This document shows, piece by piece, positions 9,480 to 18,213 of a DNA stretch of 64,000 bases (position 1 is its first letter; each line of letters starts with the position of its first letter). This DNA is from an uncultured candidate division Zixibacteria bacterium (GTDB taxonomy: Bacteria > Zixibacteria > MSB-5A5 > GN15 > FEB-12): the NCBI GenBank assembly GCA_963664195.1, contig OY760907.1:768001-832000 (forward strand), given 5' to 3'. The notes beneath the pieces were generated by a model that saw nothing but the letters and a program-made list of their open reading frames with translations, was not told the DNA's origin and did no database searches. The translations under genes and the position numbers were made by a program.

Positions 9480-9766
9480 AGCCGCGCGGCCGATGTAAGC
9501 TATTGATCCACAACACAGTACACTAACGACACGCCGATGCCGTGCGCACTCGATCTGTACCGAGAGGTACATCTCGCCCCGAACGGAGCACGAAACGTGT
9601 ACCGCTGCGCGATTCCTGTGGCGTACTCATGGCGTAGGCTCAACGGGGGTCTACCTACCCTAGTGTCGCAACTCACCGGGGCGCGCCGGCGGGAGGGGCA
9701 GATGACAATCTGTCCCATCCTCACGTCTTGAGCCCTCCCATCGTCCCAAAAATCCGGCCTAAACCT

Positions 9767-9795
9767 TTGACAAATCCGGGTTTTGCCGACATATT
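9767..9795 (+). promoter_or_regulatory. sigma70-like promoter
   Basis: TTGACA-N17-CATATT upstream of the 9922 gene. Confidence 0.5.
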
Positions 9796-9921
9796 AAATA
9801 GAGGTCCGGGGCGACCATCTTTGGCCTGATTCCTATGAAGGGCAGGTTCTAACAGCCCGGACCGGGTCCGCATTCTATGAAATAGACAAATCGATTTCTG
9901 TAACCTTACAGGAGAAATACC

Positions 9922-11967
9922 ATGTTGCGCTATTCTATTCCCACAGCGCTGGCTATCACCATTATTGTCCTGCTGACAGGTTCTGTCGCCGCACAGTCTT
10001 CGCGGGCAATGTCATTCCAGGGTCGTTTGACCGACGACTCCGGTGCCCCATTGTCAGATACTGTCAGCCTCACCTTCCGGCTGTACGACACGGAAACTGA
10101 AGGCACGGCTGTTTGGACCCAGGTTCATCCTGAGGTGGGAGTGACCAACGGTCTCTTCCATGTGATGCTCTCAGAGTTCACCGACGCCGCGTCTGTTTTC
10201 GATGGCACGTCAAAATGGCTAAGCATACAGGTTGAATCTGATCCGGAGATTTCGCCACGGTCGCAGATAGGCACGGTAGCTTATGCCTATCGCTCAACGA
10301 TGTCCGACACGGCCACCTATGCGCTCGCCTCTCCTACCGGAACAGCAGGGGGGTGGACAGATGACGCCACGACGGTGCGGTTGGCCTCTGCGGGTGACAG
10401 CATAGGCATTGGCGTGACGGATCCGTCCGAACAGGTGGAGATGTCAGGCAATTTGCGGGTCGGCGGTAAGATTATCGCTGGCGGCACCCTCAACGACTGT
10501 TCAGGCGATCTAGGGTTCATCGGCGGCGGCGATTCCTGCATTATCACGGGTGACGCTACTTACAGCACTGTCTCAGGAGGCAGAAGAAACGTGATCAATG
10601 CCGACTACAGCATGATAGGCGGCGGCTGGGAAAACGATATCGGACTGTGGGGCGCTAACGAACCCGCCGGGAACGGCATAGCCTCAGGAATCAACAACTC
10701 AGTACAATACTGCGACAGCGGCGCATTCATCGGCGGCGGACAGGAAAACATGGTTCAGGGCGACTGGGCGATCGTGGGGGGTGGACGAAAGAACCGCTCG
10801 GAGGGAGATTACTGCACGGTTGCCGGCGGGTTTGACAACAGAGTCACGTTCACCGACAACTTCAGCACCATTGGCGGCGGTGACAGCTCATACGTCTCAG
10901 CGACTTGTGCCACAATAGGAGGCGGTCACCGCAACAACATCAGCGGAGACTACGGAACAGTGGGCGGAGGAGAGCTTAACCTCGCTCAGCGATCCCACGC
11001 AACAGTCGCAGGCGGCAGGAGCAACAACGTGATTGGCACATTCGGATTTATCGGCGGCGGTGACGACAATGCTATTCACGGCGAAGGTCATTGGTCCGCA
11101 ATTGCTGGAGGACTCGATAACTTCGCTTATGGACCGTATGCCTTCGTCGGCGGCGGCTACAGCAACTACGTAGGGACCGGTGAATACACCACCATTGCGG
11201 GCGGGTACGAGAACCAATCGTACGGCAGCTACTCCACCGTTCCCGGAGGCGCCTATAACCATGCCGACGGAAACTACAGCTTCGCGGCGGGCAGTTACGC
11301 ACGCGCCGATCACAACCACTCTTTTGTCTGGTCCGACGGTTACAACCTGAGCACCTTTGAGACGACCGGCTCGTATCAATTCCTTATCAGGGCACACAAC
11401 GGTGTCGGAATCAACGGCAATACGCCCATGGGCGCGCTTGACATCACGCAGGACCCTGACCAAGTCTGCCTTCATTTCAGCAATGGTTCGCGCGATATTA
11501 CGTGGATGCCCACTCATGCTCTCCAATTCGGTCAGTGGAACGACACCACCTGGACCGAACGGATGCGGATATCATCCGACGGATACGTCGGAATCGGCGT
11601 CACCAACCCAACCTACCGACTTGACTGCAGCGGCAGTATTCGTTGCGTATCCGTTAATGAAACCTCTGACGGCAGATACAAACATAGCGTCAGCCAAATC
11701 GATAACGCGCTGGAGACAGTCGAGTCAATGCGCGGCGTCACGTTTGAATGGAACGACGAAATCGAAGCCAAACCCGGCCGTCAGGTAGGGGTGATCGCAC
11801 AGGAAGTTGAAGAAGTGCTTCCGGAAGTCGTCTCCACCGACGCCGAGGGCATCAAGTCGGTCGACTACAGCAAACTGACGGCAGTGTTGATCGAGGCGGT
11901 CAAGGAATTGAAGGCGGAGAACGAGGATCTTCGGGATCGCGTTAACAAACTGGAAAGCGAGATGTAG
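9922..11967 (+). CDS. secreted trimeric fibre/adhesin-like protein with Gly-Gly repeats and a C-terminal peptidase S74 intramolecular chaperone
   Basis: signal peptide; MSFQGRLTD N-domain; many (I/V)xGGxxN repeats of about 14-15 aa; C-terminal SDGRYK...GVIAQEVEEVLPEVV...VDYSKL...EAVKEL followed by a coiled coil. Confidence 0.85.
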   Translation: MLRYSIPTALAITIIVLLTGSVAAQSSRAMSFQGRLTDDSGAPLSDTVSLTFRLYDTETEGTAVWTQVHPEVGVTNGLFHVMLSEFTDAASVFDGTSKWLSIQVESDPEISPRSQIGTVAYAYRSTMSDTATYALASPTGTAGGWTDDATTVRLASAGDSIGIGVTDPSEQVEMSGNLRVGGKIIAGGTLNDCSGDLGFIGGGDSCIITGDATYSTVSGGRRNVINADYSMIGGGWENDIGLWGANEPAGNGIASGINNSVQYCDSGAFIGGGQENMVQGDWAIVGGGRKNRSEGDYCTVAGGFDNRVTFTDNFSTIGGGDSSYVSATCATIGGGHRNNISGDYGTVGGGELNLAQRSHATVAGGRSNNVIGTFGFIGGGDDNAIHGEGHWSAIAGGLDNFAYGPYAFVGGGYSNYVGTGEYTTIAGGYENQSYGSYSTVPGGAYNHADGNYSFAAGSYARADHNHSFVWSDGYNLSTFETTGSYQFLIRAHNGVGINGNTPMGALDITQDPDQVCLHFSNGSRDITWMPTHALQFGQWNDTTWTERMRISSDGYVGIGVTNPTYRLDCSGSIRCVSVNETSDGRYKHSVSQIDNALETVESMRGVTFEWNDEIEAKPGRQVGVIAQEVEEVLPEVVSTDAEGIKSVDYSKLTAVLIEAVKELKAENEDLRDRVNKLESEM

Positions 11968-12152
11968 GAGCCTGCTCCTCCATGGCGGGGCCTTGGCGAC
12001 AAATCGACACCTCCAATTTTCCAGTATGACCGCAGGGTTTCCGTCACTATATTCCCCGTTCGACGAAAGAACGGCAACACGCGCTGCCACCGTGCCCGAC
12101 GGTTGGAACCCGTGAAACCTTTGTAGAAACACTACAGCTTTGGAGGCGAGTC

Positions 12153-12884
12153 GTGACCGGATTCAAGCGTATCCCTGCTACCATCATTGTCCTTTTGGTT
12201 ATCTTCAGCGGACTGATGCTCACGTCGACTGTTTTGGGACAAGACTCAACATCACAGACGGTCCCCATGCGACGTCAAGCTCCAGAGCTTTTCTACGCTC
12301 ACGGCATGGTCGGCATCGGGATGGATTGGTATACATCCTCAAACATCCAGGATATTCTCCCGGAAGATTTCAAACTCGGTAGTCTCGGGTTTCCATTCGA
12401 GTACGGCATCCGCGGCGGCTTCAAGAATATCGGACAAATCGAGTATCGCAAATTCTCGACCGGATCACACGCCATCCGTCTCCAGGGGTTCACCGGGGGC
12501 TCGGGGGTAGGTGGCACCGGGATCGGCACCGTAGCTGAAACGCCGATGAAGTTCAAATCGACTGAAATCGCATTCAAGCTCAATCCGTTCGTCTGGACCT
12601 GGACAGGTTCAAACACCAACCAGCCTTACAAGTGTCTGTTCCTGGTGTACGGGACCAGCGACGTGTCTTACCGCGACGACGTCAACGACGGCTGGAAAGG
12701 TAACGGGACTCTTTATGGAATAGAGTACGCCATGATCTCGAAGATATTCAGTGCGGACGTTGGCGTGGTGGTTCAGAAAATCGAATACGACGAGATTACT
12801 CTGGTTGATCCAGACTTGCCGTTGTCATACGATGCCTCCCATATTATGGTTTACATGCATATCGCGGCTGGGATCGGGATGTAG
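12153..12884 (+). CDS. hypothetical exported protein, possible outer-membrane beta-barrel
   Basis: signal peptide, amphipathic beta strands, GGAGG ribosome-binding site before GTG. Confidence 0.6.
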   Translation: MTGFKRIPATIIVLLVIFSGLMLTSTVLGQDSTSQTVPMRRQAPELFYAHGMVGIGMDWYTSSNIQDILPEDFKLGSLGFPFEYGIRGGFKNIGQIEYRKFSTGSHAIRLQGFTGGSGVGGTGIGTVAETPMKFKSTEIAFKLNPFVWTWTGSNTNQPYKCLFLVYGTSDVSYRDDVNDGWKGNGTLYGIEYAMISKIFSADVGVVVQKIEYDEITLVDPDLPLSYDASHIMVYMHIAAGIGM

Positions 12885-12909
12885 TCCTGGTGCGGGGCAC
12901 CGAGGATTG

Positions 12910-12937
12910 GTGGGCGGCAGACGCCCTCGTCTGCCCC
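12910..12937 (+). repeat. GTGG-foot REP-like palindrome, family B
   Basis: GTGGGCGGCAGAC-N6-GTCTGCCCC; second copy on the minus strand at 40009-40035. Confidence 0.7.
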
Positions 12938-13041
12938 GGCTTTGTGCGGCTCCGCTCTGGGCGGGGCACCGAGGATTCTATCTCGTTTGATCGGAATTGA
13001 CTCCGGCGGGTATAATAGACAACCTTGACGGAGATTGTGTC

Positions 13042-13440
13042 ATGGAATTATACGGCGTAGTCCTCAGTGTACCCGGCTTCTTTGTGCTCGGCTCTGTTTA
13101 CAGTTTGATTCTGAAATGGCTGATCGCGCCTCATGCGCGGCTGTCGAAGCTGTTCTTGTGGGGAGGTGTCGCGGTTTTGTTCCTCTGGGCTGTCGAGTTG
13201 ATCGCGGTTACGAATGTCGGCCCCACAGAATTGGCGGCAGCACTCGGACCGTCGTTTATTGTCGTTCACACCGTTCTCCTCACACTCTCCGTGCCCTCGC
13301 TGGCCAACCTCATACGACTTCAGGACATCTTACCGAGAGTTGCTCGATGGTACGTTGCAGGACCTTGTTGCGGTTTGTTCGCGCCCGTCGTCATATTACT
13401 GCAAATACACGTGGCAGAGTCGCTCTACGGGATTCATTAG
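13042..13440 (+). CDS. hypothetical four-TM membrane protein
   Basis: 132 aa, four hydrophobic segments, GGAG ribosome-binding site. Confidence 0.65.
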   Translation: MELYGVVLSVPGFFVLGSVYSLILKWLIAPHARLSKLFLWGGVAVLFLWAVELIAVTNVGPTELAAALGPSFIVVHTVLLTLSVPSLANLIRLQDILPRVARWYVAGPCCGLFAPVVILLQIHVAESLYGIH

Positions 13441-14315
13441 GCTAGGTACCCATCCTCTTGTGCCTTGGTGCCGCACTGCTTGCGGTGCGAACCGGTTTCT
13501 CCCACCCGACGCTTCATTTCATTTCGCTCTGGGCGGGGCACCGAAGACCTTGCGGTCGGCTGACATGAAGTCCTCGTAGGGCAGAACCCGAATAGACAAG
13601 CCCACACGCATCGCAACGTCGTCGGAGCGGTTCTGCCATTGTCGCTGACGCGACTCATCCTTGCTGGCGGAACCGCTAAAGGGTTCCACCCTACAAGAAC
13701 TCTGTGCCACCACATCCGCCCGTGCTCATCAATTATGATAGCGCCGTCAGGAGCCTCGTGAACCGCCATCACCTGAGCCGGAAAGAGCCTCCAGTATATA
13801 TACTCCTCCCACCCGATCGCCGCATCCGCCCAGGCAAACAGCGAGTCACGCTCGTCACCGTCAATCGTACTGCCCCAGTGAAGCATCCGGTAACTCAACA
13901 GCGGCATCTCCCCTTCCTCAATCTCTTCCTTGATCTCCTCTAGCGCCTTCGTCTGGCTTTCGTAACCGGCGAACGGGAAATCATTCGACAGGTCGAGATG
14001 CTCGCGGGCTTCCTCGATATGACCGTCGATCATCCCGCCGATCCCCGGAATCGAATGATACCACGGATAGTCGGCCTGGTCGCTGTGACAATCATAGCAA
14101 CACGGCTGCATGAGCGTCTTGAACCGCTGCGTGTAGGCTTTGTTAATGAACCCGTAGACAGAATCGCGCAGGGCGATTTGATCCGAAGTCAGGTTTTCGT
14201 CTTTCAGTCGCGACTCGTGTTCGTCATCATCGGCAAGAGCGATGAATGACAGGCAGAGGATGACCAGGATAAGTATCGGCAGCAGTCGTGCCGTTTTTCG
14301 ATTTGATAAGAGCAT
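13437..14315 (-). CDS. heme-binding domain (Haem_bd-type c-cytochrome) protein; 3' end doubtful
   Basis: signal/TM segment, CYDCHS (CxxCH), YPWY, HLDLS and GEMPLLSY-LHW motifs; the frame runs on through repeat DNA after about 13800. Confidence 0.75.
   Translation of the reverse strand: MLLSNRKTARLLPILILVILCLSFIALADDDEHESRLKDENLTSDQIALRDSVYGFINKAYTQRFKTLMQPCCYDCHSDQADYPWYHSIPGIGGMIDGHIEEAREHLDLSNDFPFAGYESQTKALEEIKEEIEEGEMPLLSYRMLHWGSTIDGDERDSLFAWADAAIGWEEYIYWRLFPAQVMAVHEAPDGAIIIDEHGRMWWHRVLVGWNPLAVPPARMSRVSDNGRTAPTTLRCVWACLFGFCPTRTSCQPTARSSVPRPERNEMKRRVGETGSHRKQCGTKAQEDGYLA
13576..13694. repeat. REPIN-like inverted pair of GTAG REP elements
   Basis: GTAGGGCAGAACCC at 13576 faces an inverted GTAGGGTGGAACCC-TTTAGC-GGTTCCGC ending at 13694. 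Confidence 0.6.
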
Positions 14316-14356
14316 ATTTTTCTCCCCGGTAATAGGTTCGATCATCCCACCATGAA

Positions 14357-14507
14357 GGGCTTGTTGAATAACCCTGATCGTTCAACTGCAAATGTTCGGT
14401 GCCCCACAGCTTGCTGTGGGAAATGTCCATGTTTCTTGCACTTGCGTTCAATCGAATGCCTTCGCCAATTGCCATCAGTTGCTTGCAGCGCCTTTTTCAA
14501 CAAGCCC
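14357..14507. mobile_element. MITE (151 bp, non-autonomous)
   Basis: perfect 12-bp terminal inverted repeats GGGCTTGTTGAA...TTCAACAAGCCC, flanked by a 4-bp direct repeat TGAA (14353-14356 and 14508-14511); internal palindrome CCCACAGCTTGCTGTGGG. Confidence 0.75.
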
Positions 14508-14536
14508 TGAATGGTGGGCCACCGAGTTTCGATTCT

Positions 14537-14643
14537 GTAGGGCGGGTCAACGCCATGAATGGTCGTCCTCGAACCCGCCACATTTGGAGTCGAGCCCTTT
14601 GGGTTCGACACTTCCGGCAGGTTTGAAGACAAACCTTCCCTAC
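14537..14643. repeat. REPIN-like inverted pair of GTAG REP elements
   Basis: GTAGGGCGGGTC ... inverted GTAGGGAAGGTTTGTCTTCAAACCTGC; shares CCCTACAAGAAC with 13689-13700. Confidence 0.65.
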
Positions 14644-14682
14644 AAGAACCTACTCACAACATAGACGAACGATTACTCGCCG

Positions 14683-15594
14683 CTATTCAATCTTCGAGAT
14701 AAACCCGCCGGCTTTGTCGAGTTTCTCGCGCGCTTTCTCTGCATCGCAGTTGAACCGGTGCATGACAATCGCCAGCTTCACCGAACCGTCTGACTTCTTC
14801 AGCAAATCGTCAGAATCCGCAAACGAAAGACCGCACAGTTCCATCAGAATCCTACGCGAGCGCGCAGTCAGTTTCTCCGAACGACACTGCAAATCCACCA
14901 TCAGGTTGCCATAGGTTTTGCCCAACAATACCATCGCGGTAGTGGAAATCATGTTCAACGTCAGCTTCTGGGCGGTGCCGGATTTCATTCGGGTCGATCC
15001 GGTGATAGCTTCGGGGCCGACCGGTAGCTCTATCAAGATGTCCGACTGAAATTCCAGATCTCCCGCTTTGTTACAGATAATAAACGCCGTCTTACAGCCA
15101 AGCGATTTGGCGTACTCAAGACCCGAAATCGTGTACGGGGTACGATTTGAGGCCGCAACACCGATCAGGAAATCATCTTTGCTGAGGTTGCGTTCCTGCA
15201 GGTCATCGATTGCCGCCTGACGGTCATCCTCAACCCCTTCCAGCGATAACACGAGTGTGGCATACCCACCGGATATGACGCCGACAATCTGCTCCGGGTC
15301 GGTGCCGAACGTGGGAGGACACTCGGCAGCATCGAGCACGCCCAGCCGTCCGGAAGTCCCTGCGCCGATATACAGTGCCCGACCGCCAGAACGAAGCGTC
15401 TCGGCGTAGACTTCGGCAGCTTTGGATATCGGCTCAAGAGCGGTCGCGACTACTTCCGCGACTTTCCTGTCCTGATCGTTGATTTTGCGGGCAATTTCCA
15501 GCGGTGACAGTCGATCGATATCAACCGTGTCCGGATTAATCTTCTCGGTATCGAGAGCACCTAATTGCTGGACGAGTTTGTTTATATCTGACAT
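14683..15594 (-). CDS. murQ: N-acetylmuramic acid 6-phosphate etherase
   Basis: TEKINP, YIGAGTSGRLGVLDAAECPPTFG and GPEAITGSTRMKSGTAQK motifs. Confidence 0.97.
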   Translation of the reverse strand: MSDINKLVQQLGALDTEKINPDTVDIDRLSPLEIARKINDQDRKVAEVVATALEPISKAAEVYAETLRSGGRALYIGAGTSGRLGVLDAAECPPTFGTDPEQIVGVISGGYATLVLSLEGVEDDRQAAIDDLQERNLSKDDFLIGVAASNRTPYTISGLEYAKSLGCKTAFIICNKAGDLEFQSDILIELPVGPEAITGSTRMKSGTAQKLTLNMISTTAMVLLGKTYGNLMVDLQCRSEKLTARSRRILMELCGLSFADSDDLLKKSDGSVKLAIVMHRFNCDAEKAREKLDKAGGFISKIE

Positions 15595-15651
15595 GGAGGA
15601 AACGTAGGCAGGATTGTATGACGTAGCAACAAGAATTGGGGCTACGGAAGG

Positions 15652-15678
15652 GTAGGTCGAAACTCCTGCAGTTTCGAC
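15652..15678 (+). repeat. GTAG-foot REP palindrome, family A
   Basis: GTAG-GTCGAAAC-N7-GTTTCGAC; other copies at 23664 and 37569-37750. Confidence 0.8.
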
Positions 15679-15781
15679 AACAGACGGCGCTCCCCTCGCA
15701 TGCGCTGTCGCGTGTCAGCAGCACTGTGTGTCCCCACGCGACAGCCGTAGTTCAATGGCGGGAAGACTCAGTGTTGGGTCG

Positions 15782-16579
15782 TTACTGAATGACCGCTACT
15801 CGGATGCTGTCGCGCAGAGCCACCATCACCGTGCCAAACCGGCCCGTGATATTGCGATCAGAGACATTGGGGTCTTCTTGGCTCGGCAAGGGTACCGGCA
15901 GAAGCTCATGGGAAAGGACGCTGTCCGGTGATCCGTTAATCGCGTAGACATACAGATAATACAGTCCCGTGTCCGGTTCGCCTGCACCCGGAAGCAGGAA
16001 GGCATCCGGTGGGAAAGTCCCTGCGTTCGCCAGATTCAAGACGTACTCGCAGTATCCGGTGCCGGTGTAAGCCTCGGCGGCCTTCACGCTCGCCAAAACA
16101 TAGGTCTCGGCATTAGCGGAGCCGGACCATTCCAACGAAACGGTCCACGGCGGGGTCAGCGTATCTTGTGCCGGAGTGCGGCTTGAGATCGCAAACGAAT
16201 CTACCGCGACGACAGTCATGCTGTCGATGAGACGGTTACCGTCGCGCTCTACCAGCGCCGAGCTGAGGCCTGCAAACTCGCCCTTCAACGATCTGGAGGC
16301 GTACACCGAATCGAGACCGTCGAATACGGTATCAAAGGGCAACGTCTCGCCCGAGAACTTGACCGTACCGTGGACGAAGGTTTCACCGTCGACGGTAAGA
16401 TTGACAGCCACGACGGCCGAGTCACCGTTTGCGTCCTCAATGACCACCCCCGCAAGACCGTAATCCCGCGTTGGTGAAACACCCGTACCGTTGCTGTTGC
16501 AGCCCGCGACAGCGAGCACAGCCACCAGCGTTACAAGCAGTAACGCGTTGGTTTGTCTAAAGATAGATAGCATACCCAT
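15782..16579 (-). CDS. hypothetical lipoprotein
   Basis: 265 aa; VAGC lipobox. Confidence 0.7.
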   Translation of the reverse strand: MGMLSIFRQTNALLLVTLVAVLAVAGCNSNGTGVSPTRDYGLAGVVIEDANGDSAVVAVNLTVDGETFVHGTVKFSGETLPFDTVFDGLDSVYASRSLKGEFAGLSSALVERDGNRLIDSMTVVAVDSFAISSRTPAQDTLTPPWTVSLEWSGSANAETYVLASVKAAEAYTGTGYCEYVLNLANAGTFPPDAFLLPGAGEPDTGLYYLYVYAINGSPDSVLSHELLPVPLPSQEDPNVSDRNITGRFGTVMVALRDSIRVAVIQ

Positions 16580-16589
16580 ACATTCCGTA

Positions 16590-16617
16590 CTATCGGCACA
16601 AAACAGCCCCGGATTTA
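16590..16617 (-). promoter_or_regulatory. sigma28 (FliA)-like promoter
   Basis: minus strand TAAA-N16-GCCGATAG, ending 10 bp before ATG 16579. Confidence 0.45.
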
Positions 16618-16687
16618 CTTCTGTAGTAGAATAATGCTTCCGGGGCTGGTTTGGTTTCTGGCTAAATGACCGTATTTCCCGGTCCGT

Positions 16688-16897
16688 CTAGTGCTCTGGC
16701 GCGGTTGTTGGCTGTTTGAAAAAGAGCTTCTTCATAATGGTTTCCGCCGGGCAAAATCCCGTAAACGAGCTCTGAATCAAGTTCAGCGACACAAAAGCCG
16801 CCAAAAACAGCCAATACGGCGAGACAAAATAGTACAGCACCAGCGAGATTGCTATCATCACGCCTGCCATCAGGCGGATGCTGTTTTCTACAGTCAT
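16688..16897 (-). CDS. DUF2892 / YgaP-like small membrane protein
   Basis: 69 aa; IRLMAG...NLIQSSFTGFCPAE signature. Confidence 0.88.
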   Translation of the reverse strand: MTVENSIRLMAGVMIAISLVLYYFVSPYWLFLAAFVSLNLIQSSFTGFCPAETIMKKLFFKQPTTAPEH

Positions 16898-16913
16898 GTT
16901 TCTAACCCCTATG

Positions 16914-18194
16914 CTAGAATCCGTACGTCACTTTCACGTACGCATTATCGTTCTTCTGAAACTGCCCGAACTCCGTGCTTTCGTACTTTCCGGCAAAAAT
17001 GTTTCCGCCGACCGACAACGTCACCTCATCGGTATGCTTGTACGAGGCATTCAAGCGAATGTATGTATCTTCATCAGTGGGCGAGTAAAAGACGAAAGTC
17101 GAAAGCGTCAGATTCTCGTCCATCATAAGTTTCGTAATTCGCGAGGTCAGAAGATGCCGATCCTCACTTGTTTTCACCGTCATGCCACCGTCTTTCACTC
17201 GTAGAAAAACGCCGTCATCAAGCTTGTGCTGTACCTGCCACTGGGCGTTGATCGTCAGGTTGGTAGCGATCTGACGCTCGTACCCGATCATTCCCGTAAC
17301 CATGGAATTGGGCCGTAAGTTCACGGTTTCGTTTGCCTGGTAATCGCGGGAATCGAACCAACCGCCTTCGAGCCAGAGCACGCCGCCCCAGAGAGTACCG
17401 CGAATCGAGGCGCCGTAGACGTCAACCCGTGCAAAGACCGGAGCATAAACCGGCAGATCATCGACCACTCCCATAAAATCAGCACCCGTCGGGTTCTTAT
17501 AGAGGCCGTGGTAGTAGTACAGAGAAGTACGATGGTTCATGATCGTCCGGCTCAACCGCATTGCAATCTCACTGTTTTTGAACCGAGACTCAGGTTCCGG
17601 CGGCTCAAACAGGAATTCCTCGCCCATCCCGGTCCCGACAATGGCGGCGCCAAACGGGTTGTAGTAACTCAGCTTGCGACCGTCAGGAATACGGTTGGCA
17701 GCGAATTTCGGTGACCAGACGATTGACAGTTCACCGATCGGATTATAATACTCTACCCGCATAGCGTTCTGCGGGGCTTTGAGATACTGGTCATCCCGAC
17801 CGACCAGAAACGACTGGTAGTCCTTAGCGAAAACGTCGTTAATGAAAATCAGATCACCCGTTCCCCAGGTCACTATCTGGCGACCAATCTTGAAGTCAAG
17901 GTTGTTGCCCAACCGAAACTTCATGTATCCCTCGCGAAGCTCCCAGTCAAGCTCGTCACCGACCGCACCGTCGTAGGTGAAATCCAGCCTGCCAAAGAAC
18001 TCGACCCCGTCGCCGAAATGCTCGGCGCGAAGCTGCATGCGGGTTTCCGAGGCGGTATATTCGGTTTCCGTGGGATTGTTCTGGTCGATCCGTCCGCCGT
18101 ACAGCCCCTGGAGGAAACCGTCGATGAACAGCTCGGCCCGTGCAGGGACTGCTGCCAGGAGCAGCAGTCCGAGTATGGTAAGTGTCTTTTTCAT
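16914..18194 (-). CDS. outer-membrane beta-barrel porin (DUF1302-like, partner of MMPL systems)
   Basis: signal peptide, LREGY and KIGRQIVTWG motifs, C-terminal YVKVTYGF. Confidence 0.8.
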   Translation of the reverse strand: MKKTLTILGLLLLAAVPARAELFIDGFLQGLYGGRIDQNNPTETEYTASETRMQLRAEHFGDGVEFFGRLDFTYDGAVGDELDWELREGYMKFRLGNNLDFKIGRQIVTWGTGDLIFINDVFAKDYQSFLVGRDDQYLKAPQNAMRVEYYNPIGELSIVWSPKFAANRIPDGRKLSYYNPFGAAIVGTGMGEEFLFEPPEPESRFKNSEIAMRLSRTIMNHRTSLYYYHGLYKNPTGADFMGVVDDLPVYAPVFARVDVYGASIRGTLWGGVLWLEGGWFDSRDYQANETVNLRPNSMVTGMIGYERQIATNLTINAQWQVQHKLDDGVFLRVKDGGMTVKTSEDRHLLTSRITKLMMDENLTLSTFVFYSPTDEDTYIRLNASYKHTDEVTLSVGGNIFAGKYESTEFGQFQKNDNAYVKVTYGF

Positions 18195-18213
18195 TTCCGC
18201 ACCTCAGAAAAGT

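Larger units (their letters stand above)
12892..13544. repeat. direct repeats GCGGGGCACCGA(G/A)GA (12892, 12961, 13533) flanking the 13042-13440 gene
   Basis: 17-bp identity between 12892-12908 and 12961-12977; 20-bp identity CGCTCTGGGCGGGGCACCGA between 12953-12972 and 13525-13544. Confidence 0.8.

Noticed and set aside
9922..11967. Prophage tail-fibre locus
   Set aside because: No integrase, terminase, capsid or other phage genes nearby, and the protein has a signal peptide
11968..14680. Integron cassette array
   Set aside because: No RYYYAAC...GTTRRRY attC structure, mixed gene orientation and no intI in the window
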